This document shows positions 34,341 to 44,624 of a DNA stretch of 64,000 bases, piece after piece. The DNA comes from Candidatus Falkowbacteria bacterium (GTDB lineage Bacteria; Patescibacteriota; Patescibacteriia; XYB2-FULL-38-15): NCBI GenBank assembly GCA_037440105.1, contig JBBIUS010000001.1:28945-92944 (forward strand). The letters run 5' to 3'. Within the stretch, counting starts at the first letter, position 1, and each line of letters opens with the position of its first letter. The notes beneath the pieces are model-generated. The model did not search any database. It saw only the letters and a program-made list of their open reading frames with translations, and was not told where the DNA came from. A program made the position numbers and the translations under genes.

Positions 34341-35099
34341 TTAAAGAATTAACTGCCTCAAATAATTTATCCATACCGCGCTTTTTAACTCCTTATCTTG
34401 ATGAAATGCTAAAAAATAATTAATAATTTTTACTACTTCATTAAACTGAGCTCTGTTTATTTTAAGCGCTAACAAACTTCTCAAATCTTTTTGTAAAGCA
34501 AAACGTAAAATTTTAAGCGCGGCTGATGAAACAGGAATGCCTCCGAAACCGCAGGCACCGCAAGTAAGGCTGCCTTTTGATACATTAAAATAATTCCCGC
34601 CCGATGTGATTTTCTTTTTGCATTTTATGCAAATGTAAAGTTCAGGGGCCCAGCCTAAAAGAGCAAGAAATTTTAAAATAAAAAATTGAGGAATCTCATA
34701 TAATTTTAAATAATTTTTTATTTTTTTGTCATTTAATAATGACATCGACTCTTTAACTAATTCATAAACTCGAACGTCAGGATATTCTGCCTTAGTAAAA
34801 TTGTCAGTCACTTCTAGAATATGACTGCCCAAAATTATCCTCTCCAAACTAGATTTCAAATTTGAAAAATTTTTTGCAATCTCAACACCGGCAACTTGAT
34901 AATAATTTTTTCCTGTAGCGATTAAAAAATCAATAACAGAAAAAAAATCAAGATGACCAGCCATCTTGCTCTGAATTTTCTTTACTCCACGAGCTACAGC
35001 TTCAATCTTGCCTAATTTATCAGTATAAATTACAAAAAGGCGATCGCTTTCGCGAAGGTCAACTTTCTTTAAAATTATTCCTTGCACTCTTTTGGTCAT
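34341..35099 (-). CDS. recO: DNA repair protein RecO
   Basis: OB N-domain (GIILKKVDLRESDRLFVIYT..GKIEAVARG), Cys4 CIKCKKK...CGACG. Confidence 0.9.
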   Translation of the reverse strand: MTKRVQGIILKKVDLRESDRLFVIYTDKLGKIEAVARGVKKIQSKMAGHLDFFSVIDFLIATGKNYYQVAGVEIAKNFSNLKSSLERIILGSHILEVTDNFTKAEYPDVRVYELVKESMSLLNDKKIKNYLKLYEIPQFFILKFLALLGWAPELYICIKCKKKITSGGNYFNVSKGSLTCGACGFGGIPVSSAALKILRFALQKDLRSLLALKINRAQFNEVVKIINYFLAFHQDKELKSAVWINYLRQLIL

Positions 35100-35177
35100 T
35101 GAAATTTACAAAAAATAGCATATAACATTCTAGTGCGGCCGCGCTAGAATGTTATTTGTGCTTCTCTCCCCTGTCTT

Positions 35178-35567
35178 TCAATTTAATTTATCTAAATGAC
35201 TCTGAAGGATCAGCATGGCTGCCACAGCATCGCGTTCAACTTTTTGTTCCTTAGCAAGTTTATCAACCATTGCGCTTGTCAATCGCTCATCCTCGGTCTT
35301 TACAGGAATTTTTAATTTTTCTTTTAGCAGTCTAACAAACTGAAGAACTTTTTCTGCCTGAGGTCCCAATTGACCACCAAGTGAAATAGGCAGGCCAACT
35401 ATAATTCTACCAATCTTTTCCGCCTTACAAACTTTCTTAATCTCATTAATTACGGCCTCAGTGCCTTTATTTTCTAAAACTTTATACGGCGTGGCAATTT
35501 TAGTTTCACAATTAGCTACTGCTAAACCGATTCTTTTTTCTCCGTAATCAATACCTAATAAGATCAT
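35178..35567 (-). CDS. ruvX: Holliday-junction resolvase-like nuclease RuvX/YqgF
   Basis: ILGIDYGEKRIGLAV, IVGLP, DERLTS. Confidence 0.9.
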   Translation of the reverse strand: MILLGIDYGEKRIGLAVANCETKIATPYKVLENKGTEAVINEIKKVCKAEKIGRIIVGLPISLGGQLGPQAEKVLQFVRLLKEKLKIPVKTEDERLTSAMVDKLAKEQKVERDAVAAMLILQSHLDKLN

Positions 35568-35621
35568 AAAAACATCAAAAAATAAATACTGCCGTATTTA
35601 TTTTTCTACTTAATATATTAA

Positions 35622-36410
35622 TTATAATCCTGTTAATATTTCACAGCCAACTTTTGTAACTGCTACTGTATGCTCAAAATGTGCTGAAAATTTACCATCT
35701 GCGGTAACAACTGTCCAGCCGTCTGAAAGTGTTTTTACCTGCCATGTTCCAACCGCAACCATTGGCTCAATGCAAATAGTCATCCCTTCTCTTAATCTTA
35801 TTCTCCCGAATTTGGGGTCAAAAAAATTTGGCACGCGCGGCGGTTCATGAACCTTGTGTCCTACCCCATGACCAACCAAATCACGGATAACAAAAAAACC
35901 CTGCCCTTCAACATATTCCTGAACGGCTTTACTAATATGATGAATGTAATTTCCTGGTTTAACTCTACTGATGCCAATATCCAGCGCTTTTTTTGTTACC
36001 GCAATTAGTTTTTCTAATCCTTTATTTATTTTTCCGACAGGAACAGTAACAGCTGCGTCTGTAAACAACCCATCCTTGCCAGCTGGATATTTTAAACCTA
36101 AATCTAAACAAATAATATCTCCTTCTCTTAAAATTCGTGAAGGCAAAGCCGGCGCATGCACAACTTCTTCATTAATTGAAGTGCAAAGTGTGGTTGGGAA
36201 AGGACGATCTTCTGGGCTAGAACGGTAATTTTTAAACGACGGCTCACCGCCGTATTCGGCAATTAGCTTTTCTGCCATCTCATTCAACTCACCTGTATTT
36301 ACGCCTGGCTTCACAGCGCGAGCTAACAAAGATAAAACAGCGGCCAGAATCTTACCGCCTCGCCGCATTATGTCTATTTCTTTTTGAGTCTTAATAATAA
36401 TCTGTTCCAT
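35622..36410 (-). CDS. map: Methionine aminopeptidase type I
   Basis: Metal-ligand context: ICLDLG, HGVGH.VHE, ICIEPM, FEHTV. Confidence 0.95.
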   Translation of the reverse strand: MEQIIIKTQKEIDIMRRGGKILAAVLSLLARAVKPGVNTGELNEMAEKLIAEYGGEPSFKNYRSSPEDRPFPTTLCTSINEEVVHAPALPSRILREGDIICLDLGLKYPAGKDGLFTDAAVTVPVGKINKGLEKLIAVTKKALDIGISRVKPGNYIHHISKAVQEYVEGQGFFVIRDLVGHGVGHKVHEPPRVPNFFDPKFGRIRLREGMTICIEPMVAVGTWQVKTLSDGWTVVTADGKFSAHFEHTVAVTKVGCEILTGL

Positions 36411-36479
36411 AATACAAAACTAACACGAAAATCGAGATTAAAGTTAGTTAGTTTATTAAATATCTTTCATTAAATAATA

Positions 36480-37148
36480 TTATTCCGTATTTTTCGTAGA
36501 TTTTTCGTAATTTCGTAGGCTACCCACAATATCCGTAAAAACTTTTTCAATCGGCTGTTCGCCATTTATTTTAATCAAAATTCCCTTTGTAAAATAATAA
36601 TCTAAAAGTGGTTCAGTCTCCTGATGATAAATCTCTAATCTTTTTCTTATCGCTTCTGGTTTGTCATCATCTCGGACAGATAATTTTTCACCACAAAAAT
36701 CACAAATCTCGTCCAATTTCGGCGGTTTGCTTTTTATGTGATAAATCGCGCCGCATTTTAAACAAATTAATCTACCGCTAAGACGCGAAATAACTTCTTT
36801 ATCACTGACTATTAATTCAAAAACATGGGTGATTTTTACTGATTTTTCTAAAATTTTAAGTTGGGCCAAATTTCTCGGATAGCCATCCAAAATAAAGCCG
36901 CCACTATATTTCTTACTCCTAAGTTCTCTAATAATAATTTTATTAACGATTTCATTGGGCACTAACTTACCCTGTTTAATATATGGTTCAACTAATTTTC
37001 CTACCTCAGTTTGATTTTTTACTTCTTTTCGAAAAATATCGCCAACTGCTAAAACTGGCAAATTATACTTTTGGGAAAGCATTTTAGCCTGTGTCCCCTT
37101 ACCTGAACCATGCGGACCAAATAAAATAATTTTAAAACTTTTAGACAT
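36480..37148 (-). CDS. adk: Adenylate kinase (Zn-lid type)
   Basis: GPHGSGKGTQ, LID Cys4 CLKCG...CDFCG. The last ~12 codons are encoded by TACGAAA-type words. Confidence 0.94.
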   Translation of the reverse strand: MSKSFKIILFGPHGSGKGTQAKMLSQKYNLPVLAVGDIFRKEVKNQTEVGKLVEPYIKQGKLVPNEIVNKIIIRELRSKKYSGGFILDGYPRNLAQLKILEKSVKITHVFELIVSDKEVISRLSGRLICLKCGAIYHIKSKPPKLDEICDFCGEKLSVRDDDKPEAIRKRLEIYHQETEPLLDYYFTKGILIKINGEQPIEKVFTDIVGSLRNYEKSTKNTE

Positions 37149-37212
37149 TTTATTTAACCAATAGACGCACTCAAAATTTCACGATTGCGCAATGCGAGTG
37201 CTATTGACATGC

Positions 37213-38142
37213 TTAAAACAAATTAAATAACTTAGCGACAAAAACAATGTAAATTAGCAAAAAAATGGCTCCTTCCCAATTGTGAATTTTCTTTGAAATA
37301 CCTGAAAAAATCATTAAAAGAGTGCTCGCAATCAGAAAAGGAATAGCAATTAACAAAACATCTTGTGCAATATCCAGCGGTTTTATTAAAACGCTCGCAC
37401 CCATAATAAAAGAACCATTAAAAATATTTGAGCCAATAATGTTTCCTAAAGAAATTTCAAATTTTTTCTTTAAAGCAGCTTGCAGAGAAACAGCTAACTC
37501 AGGTAAAGAAGTGCCTAAAGCAACAACTGTTGAGGCAATGGCTGATGTACCAATTTTAGTAATCTCTGAAATTTTAACCACGCTTTCAATCGTAAATTTA
37601 GCGCCAAGATAAAGAAATAATAAACTAAAAGTGAGGCCAAAAATAAGAGAAAATCTAACTTTTTCTTTTGGAGGCAGTTCATCAATTTCCCTTTCTCTAT
37701 CAACAATAGAATAATGAATGTAAACTAAAAAAGCAATTAAAGAAATTATTCCTTCAGCCAAAGTAAATTTACCATCAAAACAAGTAACAACCAAAAGGCC
37801 AGTGAAAGAAGCCAAAAGAGGCAAATCAATATTAATAAGGTCCCTTTCTAATTCTATTCTGCGAGAAAAAACTGCTGCTAGGCCAACAATTAATAAAATA
37901 TTAGCAATATTAGAGCCAACTATATTGCCGGCGACAATGTCCGTTGCCCCTTTCAAAACAGCAATAATTGAAGTAACTAATTCTGGCAGTGAAGTGCCAA
38001 CAGAGACAATGATAACCCCAACAATAAAAGCTGGTATTTTAAGAGCCAAACCTAATTTTTCACTGCAACTTGTGAAATAATCAGCTGACTTTATTAGAAC
38101 AACCAGACTAACTATAAAAATTAAAAACCAAAACAATAACAT
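37213..38142 (-). CDS. CaCA-family cation/Ca2+ exchanger (YrbG-like)
   Basis: ~10 TM, two alpha repeats GNIVGSNIANIL and GNIIGSNIFN. Confidence 0.88.
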   Translation of the reverse strand: MLLFWFLIFIVSLVVLIKSADYFTSCSEKLGLALKIPAFIVGVIIVSVGTSLPELVTSIIAVLKGATDIVAGNIVGSNIANILLIVGLAAVFSRRIELERDLINIDLPLLASFTGLLVVTCFDGKFTLAEGIISLIAFLVYIHYSIVDREREIDELPPKEKVRFSLIFGLTFSLLFLYLGAKFTIESVVKISEITKIGTSAIASTVVALGTSLPELAVSLQAALKKKFEISLGNIIGSNIFNGSFIMGASVLIKPLDIAQDVLLIAIPFLIASTLLMIFSGISKKIHNWEGAIFLLIYIVFVAKLFNLF

Positions 38143-38143
38143 T

Positions 38144-39145
38144 TTATTTCAAAAACATTGTTAAAAAAATTAAATAAATAAAATAAATAATTATTAAAAC
38201 AACGCCCTCATACCTCTCCAACTGATCCTTGCTTTTCAAAAAGATTGTCAAACATAAAGTGGTGAAAGCTAAAGCAATACCGATGAATAAAACCGGAAAC
38301 CAGTTGACCACAGAAAAAGGGGCTAAAATTCCAAGAACGCCAATAATGAAAATATTGCTCATTGCGCTGCCGAAAACATTGCCAACGGCAAAATCCCCAT
38401 AACTATGCCGGGCTCTTAAAGCAACGGTTATTTCAGGTAAGTTAGTGCCAAAAGAAAGAAGAATCATCCCAAAAATGATTGGGGTAATATTTATTGCGCT
38501 AATAATTTGATATGAAAACCAAACAATGAGTTGCGATAAACTAAAAAGACCAAACAGTCCAAAAATAATAAAAAAAATATTTTTTGCCCATCGGCTTTTT
38601 TCCAAAGAATCGTCTTTACTCATGCCAGTTCTCTCTACGCGAAGCGAGTGAACAACATAAAACAAGTAGGTTAAGATTGAAATTAATCCGTCAACCCGTG
38701 AAAATTTTTGATCGATTACTAAAATGAAAGGAACAAGAATTATAATAAATATTAAAATTAAATCATAGAACAAAAATTGCCGACGAAAAGGTAAACGCGC
38801 TGGCAGCAATTTTAAAATTGTAAAAATATCACGCTTATGGAAAATATCGCCAGTAAAAATTTTACCGCGAAAAACGGCTTGAAGGCCAATAATAAATGAA
38901 AAAAGAACAATAATCCCACCGAGAAGATTGCCGAAAGAAAGCTCTGGAATGCCTTGCATTGAAGAAGAAATGGCTATAAATAACTCAGGCGAAGAAGTCG
39001 CAAAACCCAAAATAATGAAGCCTAAAATAAATTTACTCAAACCTAGACGATCGCCTAATTGCGCCAAACCTTTAAGCAAAATATCAGCTGATTTTCCTAA
39101 CAAATAAAAAACAGGTATTAAAGCAAGGGCGTAAAGAAAAATCAT
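38144..39145 (-). CDS. CaCA-family cation/Ca2+ exchanger, divergent tandem paralog
   Basis: ~10 TM, alpha repeats GNLLGGIIV and GNVFGSAMSNIF. Confidence 0.82.
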   Translation of the reverse strand: MIFLYALALIPVFYLLGKSADILLKGLAQLGDRLGLSKFILGFIILGFATSSPELFIAISSSMQGIPELSFGNLLGGIIVLFSFIIGLQAVFRGKIFTGDIFHKRDIFTILKLLPARLPFRRQFLFYDLILIFIIILVPFILVIDQKFSRVDGLISILTYLFYVVHSLRVERTGMSKDDSLEKSRWAKNIFFIIFGLFGLFSLSQLIVWFSYQIISAINITPIIFGMILLSFGTNLPEITVALRARHSYGDFAVGNVFGSAMSNIFIIGVLGILAPFSVVNWFPVLFIGIALAFTTLCLTIFLKSKDQLERYEGVVLIIIYFIYLIFLTMFLK

Positions 39146-39241
39146 ACCATGGCAAATTTAAAACATTTCTTGTTAATAAATAAGAGACTAAGCCCGCTCT
39201 TTAATTGTCTAAATTTAAAAATAGAGAACTATTTAACGTTC

Positions 39242-39514
39242 TCAAATTATTTTTTTCAATTTTTGGTAATCAACAGAAGATATTTTTCCTTCTTTCACCA
39301 ATTTATAAAGTTCTGGCAAAACTCGCTTTTTGAATTCTTCTATACTGACTCCTCCTGACCCCATGTATTTAGCAATTACACTTTTAACTATCTCTCTTTG
39401 CGCTTGATTTAGTGTACCCAACTGAAATAACGCGCGCTCAATTTCGCGGGAGGTAATAAAAATTTTTCCCTGCCCCTTTTTACCCCGATTAAAAATTATG
39501 TCTAAAAAACCCAT
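39242..39514 (-). CDS. Hypothetical 90-aa protein
   Basis: ORF track only; no recognisable motif. It lies directly downstream of secY. Confidence 0.5.
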   Translation of the reverse strand: MGFLDIIFNRGKKGQGKIFITSREIERALFQLGTLNQAQREIVKSVIAKYMGSGGVSIEEFKKRVLPELYKLVKEGKISSVDYQKLKKII

Positions 39515-39545
39515 ACCAAAATTTTTACTTTTTACTTTTTAATTT

Positions 39546-40817
39546 TTAAAGTCCTTCGTACTCACGCATTGTTAACTGGGAATCGATTTGCCTAATCGTT
39601 TCGATTACAACTGAAACAACGATTAAGATGCTTGTTCCCCCAATAACCAAAGTCTGAAGCCCGGTAATCCATCTTACGCCCAAAGGAAGAACGGCGATAA
39701 CCGCTAGAAAAAGAGCTCCGATCAAAATAATTCTTGTGACTGTATATTGAAGATACTCGGCTGTTGGTCGGCCAGGCCTAATCCCTGGGATAAATCCTCC
39801 TTGCTTCTGCAAATTTTCAGCGATTTGATTTGGATGAAAAATAACCGCCGTGTAAAAATAAGTAAAACCGAACACTAAAAGAAAATAAGTTACAGCGTAA
39901 AAAATTTGATTTTGAAAAATTTGAATCACCCAGGTCGCGGCAGACGCAATCCAAGCTGTTTTAGCTTGAACAAAAAATTGAGCGATCATGGGCGGGAATA
40001 ATATAATAGAGATAGCAAAGATAATTGGAATAACACCTGCCATGTTTACTCTAAGAGGTAAATGGGTTGACATTCCGCCGTACATTCTCATTCCGCGGAC
40101 TCTTTTTGCATAAGAAACCGGGATATTTCGCTGGCCTTCAGTGATGATAACAATACCAACAATTGTAACTAAGGCAAGAACCGCGAATAAAATAAGATTA
40201 AATATTTGCGAAGGATCAAAAACAGCTAATGTGTGCTGAATAGTGCCAGGAATGCCTGCCACAATGCCGGCAAAAATCAAAAGAGAAATACCATTGCCAA
40301 TTTTCTTTTCTGAAATTAATTCCCCAAGCCACATTAAAAAAATCGTTCCAGCTGTAATTGTAATAATAGTGGTAAAAAGCCGAAAGGGAGAAACATCAGT
40401 AATAATTGGCTGAGCTGACTGGCGGAGCATTGCAATCATGCCATATGATTGCAGAACGGCTAAAGGAACTGTCAAAATCCGTGTGTACTGATTAATCTTT
40501 TGGCGACCATACTCTTCTTTGGAGAGTTCTTCCAAGCGCGGAATAATCATGATGAGCAATTGAAAAATAATTGAAGCAGTAATGTAAGGAGCCACGCCTA
40601 ACATGACAACAGAAAAATTTTCCATACTCCCGCCGGAAAAGATATTCAATAAACCTAAAATTTGATTTGATTCGAAAAATGCTTTTAAATTTTCAATATT
40701 AATGCCAGGAATTGGGATATGAGCCCCGAGCCTAAAAATAACAAGAACTCCCAAAACAAAAATAATACTTTTTCTTAAATCAGGGGTTTTCCAAATTTGA
40801 ATAATTTTTTGAAGCAT
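39546..40817 (-). CDS. secY: Preprotein translocase subunit SecY
   Basis: 423 aa, 10 TM, GVAPYITASIIFQLL, end of the spc cluster. Confidence 0.96.
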   Translation of the reverse strand: MLQKIIQIWKTPDLRKSIIFVLGVLVIFRLGAHIPIPGINIENLKAFFESNQILGLLNIFSGGSMENFSVVMLGVAPYITASIIFQLLIMIIPRLEELSKEEYGRQKINQYTRILTVPLAVLQSYGMIAMLRQSAQPIITDVSPFRLFTTIITITAGTIFLMWLGELISEKKIGNGISLLIFAGIVAGIPGTIQHTLAVFDPSQIFNLILFAVLALVTIVGIVIITEGQRNIPVSYAKRVRGMRMYGGMSTHLPLRVNMAGVIPIIFAISIILFPPMIAQFFVQAKTAWIASAATWVIQIFQNQIFYAVTYFLLVFGFTYFYTAVIFHPNQIAENLQKQGGFIPGIRPGRPTAEYLQYTVTRIILIGALFLAVIAVLPLGVRWITGLQTLVIGGTSILIVVSVVIETIRQIDSQLTMREYEGL

Positions 40818-40852
40818 AATAAATATAAGACTTATGCGACCTATTATTGGTC

Positions 40853-41293
40853 TTATTTTACTGTTCCACCTGCCTTTTCGATCTTCTCTTTAGCACTCTT
40901 TGAAACAGCACATCCTTTGATTACCAATTTCTTAGATATCTCCCCATCACCTAAAATTTTCACTCCCTCTTTAATTCTATCAACTAATTTCATTTTTAAC
41001 AAAGCCTGAGGATTAATAATGTCGCCCTCTTTAAATTTTTTATCCAGGTCTCCAACATTTACAACTTCCATTTTAGGATAATGGCTATGGAAACCTCGCA
41101 TTTTAGGAATGCCTAAAAGCATTCTCTTAACTCCCTTCAGTTTCAATCCCTTTTTCCCGCCTGATCTCGCTCTTTGGCCCTTTTGCCCCCGGCCGCTGTA
41201 GGTGCCATGACAACCAAAACCACGTCCAACTCTTTTGCGAGCTTTTTTAGAACCGCGAAATGACTTAATGGTATGTAATGTTAATTGCCCCAT
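40853..41293 (-). CDS. rplO: 50S ribosomal protein L15
   Basis: GRGFGCHGTYSGRGQKGQRARSG, cluster position. Confidence 0.95.
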   Translation of the reverse strand: MGQLTLHTIKSFRGSKKARKRVGRGFGCHGTYSGRGQKGQRARSGGKKGLKLKGVKRMLLGIPKMRGFHSHYPKMEVVNVGDLDKKFKEGDIINPQALLKMKLVDRIKEGVKILGDGEISKKLVIKGCAVSKSAKEKIEKAGGTVK

Positions 41294-41305
41294 AGCTTAA
41301 AACTA

Positions 41306-41788
41306 CTATTTTTTAATTTCTAATTTTTGCAGCGCATTAAAAACTGCTTTAACATTGTTTATTTTATTCTTTGAACCCAAAATTTTACTAACAACATTAG
41401 GAATACCGGCTAATTCAAAAACAATCCGTGGAGCGCCCCCCGCTTTAATTCCAGTCCCCTTTGGAGCGGGTTTGATTAAAACACAAGCCGCCCCAAATTT
41501 CTCCTTGATTTCGTGAGGAATTGTTTCGTTTGTTAACGGAACTTTTATTAATTTCTTTTTTGCTTTAGTCACTGCCTTTGCAACTGCTAGTGTTACATCA
41601 GCGCCTTTGCCAATCCCATAGCCAACCATTCCGTTTTTGTCTCCCAAAACAACGCAAGCACGAAATCTCATTCGCTTCCCGCCGGCCGTTACCCGAGTGA
41701 CACGAGCAATATCAACAATCTTCTGTTCGTATTCCTTTTCTTGTATAATTTCTCTTTCTTTTAATTTACCATGCTCTTTTTTCGCCAT
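41306..41788 (-). CDS. rpsE: 30S ribosomal protein S5
   Basis: RVTRVTAGGKRMRFRACVVLGDKNGMVGYGIGKG. It is directly followed by rplO with only a 12-nt spacer, so there is no L30 gene. Confidence 0.96.
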   Translation of the reverse strand: MAKKEHGKLKEREIIQEKEYEQKIVDIARVTRVTAGGKRMRFRACVVLGDKNGMVGYGIGKGADVTLAVAKAVTKAKKKLIKVPLTNETIPHEIKEKFGAACVLIKPAPKGTGIKAGGAPRIVFELAGIPNVVSKILGSKNKINNVKAVFNALQKLEIKK

Positions 41789-41830
41789 ATTTTATTTCAA
41801 AATTTTAAATTTTGTCTTTCAAATTAAAAA

Positions 41831-42247
41831 TTAAAATTCTAATCCTCCATCCCTCGCTCCTTTTGCGACTGCTTTTATCCGGCCGTGATATTTATAACCA
41901 GCTCTGTCAAAAACTATCTTGTTAATTCCGATTTCTTTAACCTTTTTTGCTATTAATTTGCCAACCTCGTAGGCCACGGCTTCTTTATTGCCTCTCTCTT
42001 TGGTCTCTTTTGGTATCTTAGAAACTACTCTTTTTCTTTTACCAACTCTTTTTATTAAACCTAATTCAATATCAGAAGCAGAAGTTAAAGTATGACCAGT
42101 TTCATCATTTATAAGTTGAACATAAAGATGTTTGATGCTCTTTGAAACACAAAGACGCGGGCGCTCGGCTGTCCCTTTTATTTTTGCCCTCAATCGCTTA
42201 ATTCTTTGCTCTCTAATCTTTTGTTTTCTTTTCTGCAAATTCCTCAT
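41831..42247 (-). CDS. rplR: 50S ribosomal protein L18
   Basis: RPRLCVSKSIKHLYVQLIND, FDRAGYKYHGRIKAVAKGARDGGLEF, with an internal basic insertion. Confidence 0.94.
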   Translation of the reverse strand: MRNLQKRKQKIREQRIKRLRAKIKGTAERPRLCVSKSIKHLYVQLINDETGHTLTSASDIELGLIKRVGKRKRVVSKIPKETKERGNKEAVAYEVGKLIAKKVKEIGINKIVFDRAGYKYHGRIKAVAKGARDGGLEF

Positions 42248-42265
42248 ATTTTAAAATTTTTTAAA

Positions 42266-42817
42266 CTATGCTTTGGCTGCTACCTTGGCAGCTTTGCCTG
42301 CCTTTTTTCTAATTATTTCATCAGTATATTTTATCCCGGTTCCTTTATACGGTTCCGGCGGTTTCACTTTTCTAATTCTTGCAGAGACTTCCCCAACTAA
42401 CTGCTTATCAGGTCCAACGACTGTAAGAACATTTTTATCAATATTAACAGAAATATCTTTTGGCAAATTAAATTCAACTGAATGAGAAAAACCAACATCT
42501 AAAATTAATTTATTTCCTGATAGAGAGGCTTTGTATCCTACGCCAATAATTTCTAATTTCTTTTCAAAACCTTTTGTTACCCCAACAATCATATTTTTAA
42601 TTAAACTTCCATAAAGCCCCCAAAGTGCTTTATCCTTTTTCAATTCTGGATTCTCAACCGTTATAAAAATCTGGCCGTTTTCTATTTTAATATTAACATG
42701 AGGGTGAATTTTTTGGCTTAATTCGCCCTTTGGACCTTTGATTTTTATCAACCCGTCTTGAATTTTTGCTTCAATTCCGCTGGGGATTGTTATTGGTTTT
42801 TTGCCTATCCTTGGCAT
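42266..42817 (-). CDS. rplF: 50S ribosomal protein L6
   Basis: PRIGKKPITIP, two-domain length, cluster position. Confidence 0.95.
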   Translation of the reverse strand: MPRIGKKPITIPSGIEAKIQDGLIKIKGPKGELSQKIHPHVNIKIENGQIFITVENPELKKDKALWGLYGSLIKNMIVGVTKGFEKKLEIIGVGYKASLSGNKLILDVGFSHSVEFNLPKDISVNIDKNVLTVVGPDKQLVGEVSARIRKVKPPEPYKGTGIKYTDEIIRKKAGKAAKVAAKA

Positions 42818-42931
42818 GTTTGTTTAATTTACTAATTTAATTTTACCGTTTTGTTTTGCTAATTTATCAGTTTTGAAAATTTTATTTGAATTATGCTCTT
42901 TTCATTTAAAGAAAAAGTATTCCATTTTAAA

Positions 42932-43318
42932 TCAATAAACTTCACAGATTACTTCACCGCCTAAGCCTCTTTTTCTTGCTTCCTTATTAGTCATTAAACC
43001 TTGGGAGGTCGAAATGATTGCAATGCCAAAATCACCTAAAACTTTTGGCAATTTATCTTTCGAAACGTAGATTCGACAACCCGGTTTGCTTATTCTTTTC
43101 AAATTTGAAATAACAGGCTCTTTATTTTCTTTATATTTTAAACTCACATTTATCTCGCCGTGATTTTTCCCAATTTTTTCTACATCATCTATGAATCCTT
43201 TCTCTTTTAAAATTTTTGCTATGTCAAATTTAATTTTTGAATAAGGAAAAACAACGTTAGGTTTTTTAACTTTTATCGCATTTCTTATTCTTGTTAGCAT
43301 ATCAGCTATTGGATCCAT
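42932..43318 (-). CDS. rpsH: 30S ribosomal protein S8
   Basis: [13 protein letters not shown]. Confidence 0.96.
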   Translation of the reverse strand: MDPIADMLTRIRNAIKVKKPNVVFPYSKIKFDIAKILKEKGFIDDVEKIGKNHGEINVSLKYKENKEPVISNLKRISKPGCRIYVSKDKLPKVLGDFGIAIISTSQGLMTNKEARKRGLGGEVICEVY

Positions 43319-43359
43319 ATTGGTAAACTTTAAAACTTAAAAAATTTAAAAATTGTTAA

Positions 43360-43545
43360 CTACCAGCTTGATTTCATAACGCCAGGAATTTCACCTTTAT
43401 TTGCTAGTTCCCTAAAACAAATCCTACATAAATCAAATTGACGCATGTAGCCTCTTTTTCTTCCGCAGCGCCAACATCTCCTTACGATCCTAGTGCTGAA
43501 TTTTGGTTTTTTCTTTGATTTTGCTATTTGAGCTTCGGTTGCCAT
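43360..43545 (-). CDS. rpsN: 30S ribosomal protein S14, short zinc-binding type
   Basis: 61 aa, CWRCGR...CRIC. Confidence 0.95.
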   Translation of the reverse strand: MATEAQIAKSKKKPKFSTRIVRRCWRCGRKRGYMRQFDLCRICFRELANKGEIPGVMKSSW

Positions 43546-43583
43546 CTCTTTTTAGTGTTAAATTTTTATTAAATAAAATAACT

Positions 43584-44126
43584 CTATTTTTGTCTAAAGG
43601 GAAATCCTAATAATCTCAGTAACTCAAGGCCCTCTTCTTTTGATTTAGCCGTTGTCTTGACAATTACTTGCAAACCATGAATTTTTTCGACCTCATCGGG
43701 TTTAATTTCAGGAAAACAAATATTCTCTCTAAAGCCAATGGACAAGTTACCATTTTGATCCATGGCTTTTTGCGAAAGCCCTCGAAAATCTCTTACTCGC
43801 GGCAAAGCAACATTTATTAACTTGTCAACGAAATCATACATTCTGTCTCCGCGAAGGGTAGCCATCATTCCAACAACCATCCCCTTTCTAATTTTAAAAT
43901 TAGAAATAGATTTTTTAGCCTTTGTTTTCAATGGGTATTGGCCAGTAATTTTTAAAACAGTCTCTTCTGCGATTTCTATAAATTTTGGATCCTTTAAATT
44001 TTGACTTAGGCCAATGTGAACAACTACCTTTTCCAACTTTGGCACAGCTAAATTATTTTTGTAGCCAAATTTTTCTTTTAAGGCAGGAACAATTTCTTTT
44101 AGATATTTTTCTTTTAAGCGAGACAT
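43584..44126 (-). CDS. rplE: 50S ribosomal protein L5
   Basis: RLKEKYLKEIVPALKEKFGYKN...VPKLEKVV. Confidence 0.96.
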   Translation of the reverse strand: MSRLKEKYLKEIVPALKEKFGYKNNLAVPKLEKVVVHIGLSQNLKDPKFIEIAEETVLKITGQYPLKTKAKKSISNFKIRKGMVVGMMATLRGDRMYDFVDKLINVALPRVRDFRGLSQKAMDQNGNLSIGFRENICFPEIKPDEVEKIHGLQVIVKTTAKSKEEGLELLRLLGFPFRQK

Positions 44127-44166
44127 GTATTTTAACTATTAACTATTAACAATTGACTATTGACTA

Positions 44167-44478
44167 TTAACTTATTATTTCTTTGCATTTTTTACAGAGA
44201 CGAACTTTTTTCTTGTTTTCTAAAATTTTATAACCAACCCTTGTTTGTTTGTTACATTTAGGACAAACTAACATTATGTTAGAAATATCCAAAGGAGCAG
44301 GAAATTGGATTCTTTGGCCTTTTTCTCCGGCTCGGCGGGGTTTTACGTGTTTTATCAAAAGATTTAGCCCTTCAACAACAACTTTATTCTTTTCTGGCAT
44401 AACTTGCAAAACTTTTCCCCCTTTTCCTTTGTCTTTTCCGGCAATTATTTTTACTTTGTCTCCTTTTTTAATTTTCAT
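44167..44478 (-). CDS. rplX: 50S ribosomal protein L24 (KOW plus CxxC..CxxC ribbon)
   Basis: KIKKGDKVKIIAGKDKGK, CPKC...CKKC. Confidence 0.94.
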   Translation of the reverse strand: MKIKKGDKVKIIAGKDKGKGGKVLQVMPEKNKVVVEGLNLLIKHVKPRRAGEKGQRIQFPAPLDISNIMLVCPKCNKQTRVGYKILENKKKVRLCKKCKEIIS

Positions 44479-44624
44479 ATAACACGAATTATTGTGAATT
44501 TTTGCTGCTTGTAAACAATTTTAAATTATTTTCATTACAATTAATCAATTACTGTTCCTCCAGCGCGCCCTCGCGAATTAAGGCGAATTTACTTTTATTC
44601 GTTTAAACGCTCATTGATTCGCGG

